From: Rebecca billardiae RCC1528
Lineage: Eukaryota > Protista > Haptophyta
Direction: 5' to 3'
DNA: 64,000 bases
Assembly (NCBI GenBank): GCA_965240325.2
Contig: OZ251224.1
Location: 186,001 to 250,000 of the forward strand
The position numbers and the translations under genes were made by a program. The notes beneath the pieces were generated by a model. The model made no database searches. It was not told the origin of the DNA and saw only the letters and a list, made by a program, of their open reading frames with translations. This document shows, in pieces, positions 35,536-45,298 of the stretch (its first letter is position 1; each line of letters starts with the position of its first letter).

Positions 35536-38456
35536 CCGCCGCGCCGCCGCTGCGGCTGGCGGCCGTGCACGCGCACGCGCACGCGCGCAGCCTCGAGTGG
35601 ATGCTCGGCCGCGCGCTCGCGCTCAGCGTGCCGGCGGCGGCGGAGCGGGCGGCGCTGCGCGCGCCGCTCGCGCTGCTGCTCTGCGCGCGCGCGGCGCCGC
35701 TCAGCCGCGCGCAGCTGCTCGAGGCGCTCCGCTCGGCGCACGCGCAGTACGAAGGCGCGCGCGGCGAGGCGGCGCTCGGGCGGCAGCTGCGGCCGCTGGT
35801 GCCTTGGCTCGTGGCGGAGGACGGCGCGTGCCCGAGCGAGGCGGAGGTGCGGGCGCTGCGCGCGGGCGCGACGCACGCGCTGGCCGACGTGGCGACCGCC
35901 GCCGCCGCAGCCGCAGCTGCCACGAGCGCGGGCGAGGCGGCGGCGGGCGCGGCGGCGGAGGCGCCGCGCGCGCGGCTGCGGCTGCGGCACCGCGCGGCCG
36001 CGCGCTGGCTGCGCGCGGCCGCGCGCGCCGACGGCGGCGGCGGCGGCGGCGGTGTGGGCGCGGAGGAGGGCGTCGAGCCGCCCGGGCTGGTGCGCGCGCA
36101 CGACCTCGCCCACGCCACGCTCGCGCTCGGGCTGTGGCAGCTGCGCACGCTCGCCGCGCGCGCGGGCGACGGCGCGGCCGACGCGCTCCGCGCCGCGGTC
36201 GACGACTGCCTGGGGGGCGGCGCGCGCGGCGCGGCCGGCGCGCCGCTCCTGCCCGAGGGCGCGGCGGGCGCGGAGGGCGAGGACGCGCGGCTCGCGCCGG
36301 CGGCGGAGGCGGAGGGCGACGCGGACGCGCTGCTCGTCGGCGGCTGCGCGCAGCTGCTCCGCGCGATGCGCGCGCTCGGCCGCGCGGACGGCCCCGCGGT
36401 GTGCGCGCGCTTGCTCGACGCCGCGGCCGTGCGCGCCGCGCCGCCCGCGCCGCCCGCTCCCGCCGCCGCCGCGCGCGCGCCGCCCACGCCGAGGGCGGCC
36501 GCGCCGAAGCGGCGGCGCGGCGGCGCGGCGGAGGGCGGCGCGCCCGGCGCGAAGGCGCGGCCGCGCACGCCGGGCATGCTCGGCTGGCTCTTCAAGGCCG
36601 TCGGCGCCGCCGCCAGCCTGGGCGACGGCGCGCAGGACGGCCGCGCGCGTGCAGACGGCACGCGCGCGCTGCACCTCGCGTGCGCGCGCGGCGAGGCGGC
36701 GTGCGCCGCGCTGCTGCTGTCGCTCGGCGCGGGGCCGAACGTGGCGGACGGGCGTGGCTGGCCCGCGCTCGTGCTCGCCAGCTTCCGCGGCCACGGCGCG
36801 TGCGTCGCCGCCCTCCTCCGCGCGCGCGCCGAGCCCGCCGCCCCTGAGCGCACCCTCGGCTACAGCGCGCTCATGGCTGCCGCGCAGGAGGGGCATGCGC
36901 GCGTGTGCGCGCAGCTGCTGGCCGCGGGCGCGAGCCACGCGCAGCTGAAGAGGGACGGCGGCACGGCGCTGCTCGTGGGCGCGAGGCACGGGCGCACGCC
37001 CTGCGTGCGCGCGCTCCTCGCCGCGCGCGCCGACCCCGCGCGCGCCGACCGCCACGGCGTGTGCGCGCTGCTCGCCGCGTGCGCGCGCGGCCACCTCGAG
37101 TGCGCGCGCGCGCTGCTCGGCGCGCGCGCCGACGCGACGCAGGCGCGGCGCGACGGCGGCACGGCGCTGATGCTCGCGAGCCGGCACGGGCACGCGCACT
37201 GCCTCGCCGCGCTGCTCGAGGCGGGCGCCGACACCGCGCGCGTAGACAAGAACGGCGCGACCGCGCTGCTGCACGCCGCCGAGCACGGCCAGGCCGCGTG
37301 CGCGCGCGCGCTGCTCGGCGCGCGCGCCGACGTGTCGCACGCGCGCACGGACGGCAGCACGGCGCTGCAGAGCGCGGCGGCCAGGGGGCACGTCGAGGTG
37401 GTGGAGCAGCTGCTCGGCGCGGGCGCGAGCACGGCGGACGCGGACGTCGACGGCTGGACGGCGCTGATGAGCGCGTGCCACCAGGGCCACCCCGCCGTCG
37501 CGCGCGCGCTGCTCGGCGCGGCCGCCGACACGGCGCACGCAGACGACGAGGGCTGGACGGCGCTGATGGCGGCGGCGCACCGCGGCAACGTGCTGTGCGC
37601 GCGCGCGCTGCTGCACGCGCGCGCGGACACCGCGGCCGTCGCCGCCGACGGCTTCAGCGCGCTGATGCTCGCCTCGCAGGAGGGCCACGCGCCGTGCGTG
37701 CGCGCGCTGCTCGGCGCGCGCGCGGACACGCGGTACGCGGACGGCGACGGCTTCAGCGCGCTGATGCTCGCCGCTCAGGAGGGCCACGCGCCGTGCGTGC
37801 GCGCGCTGCTCGGCGCGGGCGCGGACGCGGACGCCGTCAAGAAGGACGGCGGCACCGCGCTCATGGTCGCGTGCCTGCAGGGCGCGGCCGAGTGCGTCGC
37901 CGAGCTGCTCGGCGCGCGCGCGGACGTGGCGCAGCAGCTCGAGAGCGGCGACACCGCGCTCACCATCGCGAGCCACCGCGGGCACGCGGACTGCGTGCGC
38001 GCGCTGCTCGGCGCGCGCGCAGACGTGACGCACGCGCTGCCCAACGGCTGGGGCGCGCTCACGTTTGCGTGCTACGCCGGCCACGCGGGCGTGGCCGAGC
38101 TGCTGCTCGAGGCGGGCGCGCCGCTCGAGGCGGAGTGCGAGGACGACGACGGCGACCACGACCACACCGCGCTGATGGCCGCGTGCGGCGCCGGGCACGC
38201 GCGCGTCGTGCAGCTGCTGCTGCGCTGGGGCGCGCAGCCGGACCACGCCGTGCGCGGCTGGACCGCGTACGACCGCGCGCGCGACGCGGGCAACCGCGAG
38301 TGCCTCGAGCTCGTCACTGAGGCGCTCGCCGCGCACTCGGCCGCCGATGCGTCGCCACTGACGGCCCTCGCCGAGGAGAGCGGCCCGAGCGACGAGGAGG
38401 AGGTGGCGCTGCCCGCGGCAGCAGCCATCGTGACGGCGGGCGACGACACGCCGTGA
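33264..38456 (+). CDS. STAND/NACHT-like P-loop NTPase with ~17 C-terminal ankyrin repeats (NLR/TANC-like architecture)
   Basis: Walker A LLLVLGAAGSGKS, degenerate Walker B LLVLLGADE, PGWLRVVASAR sensor motif; GxTALxxAxxxG repeats at ~36650-38310. Start at MGGACAS preferred over the ATG inside the inverted repeat (32826). Confidence 0.85.
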
Positions 38457-38514
38457 GGCCATGGGCGTATACTAACGACGTGGTATGCAACGGGCAGGCG
38501 TCAGAGTCAGCATA

Positions 38515-39369
38515 CAGGGGTCTCAACAATTAAACGTCACATCATTCTGATGACTGAGCTGCACACCACTGCTCACCCTCGGCCCCCCTGAGGCGGCTCG
38601 GATCCAGGCGGCGGCCTCACGGCCCGTGCATCACGACTACGGTTCGGCGACCCAGTGGCCACCCAGCGCGTCGTCAGCCCCAGCTGGCGCGCGTGGGCTG
38701 GAGTTGGGCACACCAGCAGGTCACACGGCTGCAGGCGTACAGCCTGTCGCAGCTGGCCAGATCCTGCCGCAGGCTTGTCGTCACTGGTGTCTGGTCGCGG
38801 GTCGTGTGCCCACACAGACCAGGCGCGGCCTACTGAATTGTGCTGCTTGGCAGTGGATCTGGTACTCCCCCTAGGGAGGGCTGCATGCCACATGGGGGGG
38901 AGCTCATGGCGGATGCAGCTGCTGTGGCACAACGGTGCCCAATCCCGCGGCCGCGCCCCCACCTGCGCAAGGACCTGCCGGGTCAGCTCCCCTGCACTGG
39001 GAGGCCAGCAGCAGCACCCGCTGACACACTCCCCGAGGGCGGCCAGCCACCCGACTTGAGGGGGCTGGAGTGGGGCTGGTGCAGCCAAGAGCTCTGCAGC
39101 CTAGCTGCTGGTCGGGCTGGCCTGCATGGATTTTCAAGCTGACCACCCACTGCTGCCTGCCGCACCCCTCGCTGCACCCACCTGGGCTGCTGCACATGCG
39201 CACTCTGGATGGCACCACAGCCCAGCATGGAGAGCTGGCCAAGCAGCCACCCACTCGTCAGAATGGCCAGGGAGTGGGCTGTGCTAGACCACATCTAGCC
39301 AGGCAATCAAGTGCTCACATGCCTGTCCAGCTGCACAAACAGAGATACAGCTAATTGTTGAGACCCCTG
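38515..39369. mobile_element. Non-autonomous DNA transposon, 855 bp, perfect 18-bp TIRs (Tc1/mariner-like ends)
   Basis: CAGGGGTCTCAACAATTA at 38515-38532 and its exact reverse complement at 39352-39369; flanks are TA and TG; CpG-poor interior; no transposase motif seen. Confidence 0.8.
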
Positions 39370-39542
39370 TGCGGGGTCGGATGCACTTGCACATCATCAC
39401 CCAGGCCAAGGGTGTCACCCTTGCCCAGGCTCAGCAGGAGCCCAACAATGGCTCTTATGAGCAAGAGCAGCTGCGCATGTCACGCCAGACCTGTGAAAGA
39501 TGCCACTAGGGACCAGCCCAGCTCGATCTGACCGGCAACCTC

Positions 39543-40104
39543 GCTGGTCTGGCACCGCTCATAGCGGCTGCACAGCCAGCCGTGGGCCACCCGCACTGGC
39601 GCCCACTGGCAGCAGGGCAGACGTAGCATCTGGGCTCGGGCTAGGCGGCGATGAAACCGGGGCTGCCGTTCGGCCCAGGCGGTCCGTACGGGTCGCGTAC
39701 GACACGCCAGGCCCGATCCTGCCCATCATCTAGCTGGTCTGGCACCGCTCATAGCGGCTGCACAGCCAGTCGTGGGCCACCCGCACCGTGGCTCCCACCG
39801 TTGGCCGCAGGGCAGACGTAGCACCTGGGCTCGGGCTAGGCGATGAAACCGGGGCTGCAGTTCGGCCTGGGCGGCCCGTATGGGTCGAGTACGACACGCC
39901 AGGCGCGACCTTGCCCGTCACCTATAGCTGCCAGCTGGGCTGGCACCGCTCATAGCTGCTGCACATCCAGCAGTGGGCCACCCCACTGGCTCCCACTGGC
40001 CGCAGGGCAGACGTAGGTAGCATCTGGGCTCGGGCTAGGCGATGGAACAGGGGCTGCCGTTCGGCCTGGGCGGCCCGCACGGGTCGCGTACGACACGTCA
40101 GGCC
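39543..40104. repeat. Three diverged tandem copies of a ~190-200 bp unit
   Basis: ctggcaccgctcatagc...cagggcagacgtag...gggctcgggctaggc...tacgacacg repeated from ~39543, ~39733 and ~39934. Confidence 0.9.
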
Positions 40105-40634
40105 TGCTTCTTGTGCCACGCCCTGCATTGCAGGGCAGTGAAGCCGAACTTGGTGCCAACATCTTTGGGGTGGGCATCACCTGTATCTGCATGAGGTAGG
40201 TGATGATGGCCTTGGCCGCCCTCATTATTAATGGCCATGGGGTGTACTGGCCAGGGCCAGCTGGTGCTTGATGTGTGAGCACCAAGTCACAGGCTGATGA
40301 CCAAGGTGCCTCGAGTCGTAGTCCAAGTACAGCAGTCTGAAGTACCGTATGCAGGACTACCACAGCAGGTTACCAGCACTGTACCTGTGCGAGGCTACGG
40401 TGGCCTCATAAGTCAGAGACATGGTGCGGGCCGACCGTGGACTCGTGAGAGGCGCCTGACCCGTGCATGGCGCGCGGCAGCGTGACTGATGCTCGACGGC
40501 GTCTGCTCGACGACGCGACGGTGATGATTGATATGATGCGCGATCGCCGATATGATATATCATCGCGGATGCCGACGGATGACCAAGGCCCTTGGTGTAA
40601 GCAGGGCGTAGTAGTAGTAATAAGGCTGCGCTGC

Positions 40635-41417
40635 TCAGTAGGTGTCTGCAAGCTTGGAGTCAAGCGGCTGCTTCGAGAGGACGCCCTCTGCGCTGTAGCC
40701 GCTGTGCTTCCGGAAGATGAACTCGTGCACTTCAGCAAGGCGCTTCATGCGCACCAGTGGGCCCTGCTCGAACTTGCGCAGCGACTCGATCTCCTTTGCG
40801 CGCCGCATCTCGAGCACGCGCGCGTCCAGGCAGCTGTCATCCACCGCTTCAAATGTGAGTGCGTATGCCCCGCCCTCAGACGGCGCTGGCTCGAGGCCAA
40901 AGATCCAGCGGTAGATCGCGCGCGTGCGCGCCATCTGAAAGTGCGATGTGATCACGAGCAGCCGCCGCCACTCAGGGCGCAGCTCCGTGTGCATCGTGCG
41001 CGCGAAGAAGGCGTTCCCAATCGTGTCGTCGGAGAAGGACTCTGGGTACAGCCGTGCGTACGGGACGCGCGCCTTGTCGGCGAGCTCGCGGGCCATGAGA
41101 GCCGCCTCGGGGATGGCATAGCCGTTGGGGTCCACATACCTCGGCTTCCATGTCGTGCCGCCTCCGTTCAGCACGATGGGTATGCCCCCGTTCGCTGCGC
41201 TGGCCTGCGCGGCGGCACGTAATCGCTCCGTCACCGTGCAGTGCGGGACGCCGTTCCGATCCACGCCGCCAGCCAGGACGAGGATCGCTTCGGGTGGTCC
41301 TGAGCCCAAGCTACGGGTCGTGTGCGCCAGGCGCCCGCCGAGAATGACCGCCGCGCTCGCCAGGGCAAGCACTCCCACGAGAATCCAGACCCGACGCGAC
41401 GACCGTCCTGGCGCCAT
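40635..41417 (-). CDS. YdcF/SanA/ElyC-like DUF218 protein with N-terminal membrane anchor
   Basis: AILVLAGG, IVLNGGGT, PEAALMA, ESFSDDTIGNAFF, LLVITSHFQMAR motifs. Confidence 0.85.
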   Translation of the reverse strand: MAPGRSSRRVWILVGVLALASAAVILGGRLAHTTRSLGSGPPEAILVLAGGVDRNGVPHCTVTERLRAAAQASAANGGIPIVLNGGGTTWKPRYVDPNGYAIPEAALMARELADKARVPYARLYPESFSDDTIGNAFFARTMHTELRPEWRRLLVITSHFQMARTRAIYRWIFGLEPAPSEGGAYALTFEAVDDSCLDARVLEMRRAKEIESLRKFEQGPLVRMKRLAEVHEFIFRKHSGYSAEGVLSKQPLDSKLADTY

Positions 41418-41789
41418 CGTGAGCCTGCACTTTATTCATCCGCATTTTTTTCTGTATTTTTCAGCAGCAGAAGTGCAGAACGAATTACCTCGTAGCCTGG
41501 CGCCTCCGTCGTCATCGGCACGTCATCGTCAGACAGCCCGGAGCGCTGAGCCGCGAGGAGTGCACCCTTGACTTGTGCACGGTGTGCCTTCGGCCGCGTG
41601 ACTGCTGCCTAAACTTGTGCAGAGATGCTGATAGTCCGGGGGCGACGAGCTCGAGGTGCACCGTGCACGCGCTCAGGACCCGTGAGGGCCGGTGACCGGC
41701 AACGATTGCGGTCGGCATCGTCACGGGCTGATGCCAGCGTGCCACGCGAGCGGAACCACAGCCGTCGCAGAATGCCTGTCACGAATAGC

Positions 41790-42077
41790 CTACTCGCTCG
41801 CGGGTGGAGCTGTCGCAGCGGGCAGCGTGATTACCACCGCATCGTGTGCGCCCTGCAGCAGCATTTGCCCCTCAAAGTGCAGGAGGCCGCGCTTCTTGGC
41901 TGCCTTGAGCGAGCCAACAAGCGACTCCAGCTGCTGCTCTAGCTCCTCGTCTTTGAAAACCTCGCCAAACGTGACAGATACGGAGCCATCTGCCTCGGCG
42001 CGGCCAAGCCGTCGAAGGCCTTCAAGCAGTGTCGCAATGTCCGACTCCACGCCATGCGCGGCCGATGCTGCCGCCAT
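41790..42077 (-). CDS. Costars-family protein (ABRACL-like)
   Basis: DGSVSVTFGEVFKDE...ESLVGSLKAAKKRGLLHFEGQMLLQGAHDAVVITL matches the Costars consensus. Confidence 0.9.
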   Translation of the reverse strand: MAAASAAHGVESDIATLLEGLRRLGRAEADGSVSVTFGEVFKDEELEQQLESLVGSLKAAKKRGLLHFEGQMLLQGAHDAVVITLPAATAPPASE

Positions 42078-42206
42078 CGCACGCAAGAATTACTTGCTGC
42101 GTCGCTTGTGAGTTGTGACTGGCCCAAGTGCCCAACTGGGCTGGCCAGGCCGAGGGGAGGGAGGCAAGGACTGGCGTGCGTCCGGCAGCGCCGATCACGG
42201 TTCAGG

Positions 42207-43250
42207 ATGGCGGCCGTCGCGATCATCCTTGCCTGCTGCATCCAAGCTGCCTCGCTGGACTCACGTGGCGGTGCCGGCGCCGAGCGCGCGGCGCGGATTG
42301 GCGGCCTCCTCGCCAACGTCGAGCCCGCGTATCGGCCCGTCTGCTCGGCCATGCTGCGCGGCGGCAGCGCGACGATGGCGCAGGTGTGGCAGGACTGGTA
42401 CGTGTTCCACAACGTGTTTCCGGATCGGCTCACGTGGGGCAACGGCACGTACGTCGACTTCGGCACGAACGAGCCCACCGTCATCAGCAACACGCTCTTC
42501 TTCGACAAGTGCCTGGGCTGGCGCGGCGTGTGCGTGGAAGCCAACCCGCAGCTGCACGCGAAGATCAGAGCGACGCGCGGGTGCACGCTCGTGCCGACGT
42601 GCGTGCACAGCCGCGCGACGCGCGGCATCGTGCGCGGCCAGGGTGGGCACGCGCGAGTGGACATCGTTGGCCGGCGCGCCATCGAGTGCATCCAGCCCGC
42701 GGAGGCGCTCGAGCGGGGCGGCATGGGCGCGGGCGCGCAGATCGACTTCATCTCGATCGACGTGGAGGGCGCGGAGGCCGAGGTGCTGCGCTGCCTCCCG
42801 CTCGCGGCACGCGGCGTGCGCGCTGTGCTCATCGAGGCGGACAAGCAGCCGGCCGAGCTCATGCAGCTCTGGTTCCATCGCCAAGGCTACGTGCTCGACA
42901 ATGCGTTCGTGCTGCCCGTACCGGCCGGCACCAAAGTGCTCGACCACCTCTACACGCGCAGGCCGCAGCGCGCGATCTACCCGCGCGCGAGGAACGGCCG
43001 GCTCGTCGACGCGCTGGACCACGTCGACGGCGACCCGCCGCCTGGCGGCAGCGCGCCCGGCGTGGCGTCCGCGGAGCAGCCCGCGTGCGCGCTCACGCGC
43101 AATTTCACGAGCTGGTACTGCCAGCCGTGGGAGCACTGGATGCGGTCGGCACGGCTCAAGAGTAAGGCGGGCGCGCGTGGACGTGGGTGGGACCTGTGCC
43201 ACACAGCACCCTCACGTCTCAGCCAGCTCCCGCGTGAGGGCGCGTTGTGA
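42207..43250 (+). CDS. FkbM-family (Methyltransf_21) SAM-dependent methyltransferase with signal peptide/anchor
   Basis: GTYVDFGTN...SNTLFFDKCLGWRGVCVEANP and IDFISIDVEGAE; divergent from Costars across 129 bp. Confidence 0.85.
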   Translation: MAAVAIILACCIQAASLDSRGGAGAERAARIGGLLANVEPAYRPVCSAMLRGGSATMAQVWQDWYVFHNVFPDRLTWGNGTYVDFGTNEPTVISNTLFFDKCLGWRGVCVEANPQLHAKIRATRGCTLVPTCVHSRATRGIVRGQGGHARVDIVGRRAIECIQPAEALERGGMGAGAQIDFISIDVEGAEAEVLRCLPLAARGVRAVLIEADKQPAELMQLWFHRQGYVLDNAFVLPVPAGTKVLDHLYTRRPQRAIYPRARNGRLVDALDHVDGDPPPGGSAPGVASAEQPACALTRNFTSWYCQPWEHWMRSARLKSKAGARGRGWDLCHTAPSRLSQLPREGAL

Positions 43251-43660
43251 CGCCGAGGCGGCAACCAGACCGCCCCTTTCGTCGTGCGTGTTTCGCTTCG
43301 GTTGCTCAGGTTTGACGAAAGCTTGGTTAACCAAATGGCGGGCCATTATGAATTTACGAATGATTATATTGGCCCAGCAAGGGGGTTCAGAGCCCCAGAC
43401 GCTTTTCGTCAAAAGGTCCGTCAATTGCTGTCAAGTTGCTGATATGCAAATGAGTGACCGAACGGTCGTCAGATCGATATGATACCTATGCGTTTCTCAT
43501 CAGGGCAAGGGCCGTGTCCAATCAGGGTCTATTAATTAGGCGCCAACTCCCTGATCAATAGGAGTAGCCGTACCCACACGGAGCTCGCCCAAGCTAAAAA
43601 GCTACCTAACCCGAACGCGTCCCGTCATTCCGCGGCGACTGCTGGTGGAGCCCCCAAAAC

Positions 43661-45259
43661 ATGCCCAGCATGCTGTGGTTCCGCCCCAAGACGGCGCGCG
43701 GCCCGGGCGCGTCCGCGGCGCACGGACAGGCCGTGCATGACCCGCAGCACGACATCTCGCTCCTCACCGGCCGGCTGCGCTCGGCCGAGCTCAACCGCGC
43801 GTGCGAGCGCATGCTCGCCGGCTTTGACGGCCGGCTCTTCTTCGGCGCGCAGCTCGCGGCGGTGCTCCCGTCGCTCGCGCTCAGCGTGCTCGCCGCGCGC
43901 GCGTGGGTGGGTTCGTACGGTTTGCGCGCGGACGAGCTCACGCTGCCGCAGATCGTCGCCACCGCCGCCGTGATCGCGTGCGCGTGCGCGCGGCTGCTCG
44001 CGCTCGCGCTGTACGGCCGCGGCCACGCGCCGCGCGCCGCGCTCGAGGCGGCGGTCGTGATCGACGTGCTCGCGCGCGCGGCGCAACGGCAGGCGGTGCT
44101 GATCCCGCTCGCGCGCCTCGCGGGCGACGTGCACGCCGAGACCGCCGCGTGCCTCGAGCTCGCGCTCGCGCCGCTCGAGGCGGGCCTGTGCGCGCGGTAC
44201 AGCCTCGCGCACGCGCCGCTCGGCGCCGTGCTGCTCGGGCAGGCGCTCTCGCTGGGCGCGCTGGCGACGGAGGGCGAGGCGCACGGCGCGGCGGGGCCGG
44301 GGTACCTCCTCGCCCCGGGCGTGCGCGCCGAGCCCGCCGTCGCGTGCGTCGCGCTCCTCGGCGTGTGCGCGCTGCTGCAGCAGGAGATTGTCCGCCGCTC
44401 GGGCTTCTTGCACGCGCTCTCGCTGCAGACGCTGCGCGCCGAGGTGAGCCACTTCGGGCTGAACCACCTGTACCACGCGAGCTCGGCGCTGGAGGAGAGC
44501 GCGGAGCACGCGCGCGCCTCCGACAACGCGCGCTGGCTCGTGCCCCCGCTCGAGTCCGTCCTCGAGCAGGTCGAGCAGGTGGCGGAGCTGCTGCAGCTCG
44601 TCGTGCGAGACGACGCGGACACGGCCGCAGAGACGGGCCGGCTCGTCTCCGAGGTCGGGCTGGCGCAGTTCGCCGCGCTGATCTTCCGCGGGACGGAGTT
44701 CACGCTGGACGAGGCGGCCGCGAGCGCCCGCGCGCGCTTCGCCACGTGGGCCGTGCGCAGCATCGTCGCCGACGGGCTCGCGCACGCGCGCCGCCACTCG
44801 CGCGGCCGGATCGTGGGCGAGCTCGCGCTCGAGCAGCACGCCGCACACGCGCTGCCTGACCCCAGCGCGCACGCCGCCGACGGGCGAGGCGGCGGGCGGG
44901 TGAGCCGCGGCGAGGCCGAGCGCGTGGGCCGGCCGACGCTCTTCCTCGTCGTGCGCGTGCGCAGCTGCGCCGGCGGCGTCGACCTCGGCCTCGACCCGCG
45001 CCCGCCCACAGACGAGCTGCCGAGCTCGCCGGAGCACGGCTCGGCGAGCGGCTCGGCGCACGGCTCGGTGCGCGCCTCGCCGCGCCCAGGCGGGTCGCCG
45101 CGGCCCGGGGCGTCGTGGCGGGCGCGAGCGTCGCTGCGGCAGGAGGTGGCGCCGCGGCAGCTGCCGTCGTGCGAGGTGGCGGAGGACGGCAGCGTGCTGC
45201 CGCCGTCGCCGCCGCCCTCGGCGCCGCACACCTCGCGAGAGCTCGCAGAGGAAGGGCCA

Positions 45260-45298
<39 letters not shown>

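Noticed and set aside
25111-38462. Long antisense and overlapping Arg/Ala-rich ORFs over the helicase and ankyrin genes, and similar ones elsewhere
   Set aside because: Expected at this GC content; no domain motifs.
39543-40104. CRISPR or tRNA/ncRNA array
   Set aside because: Whole ~190-bp units are homologous; no cloverleaf or other recognisable RNA motif.
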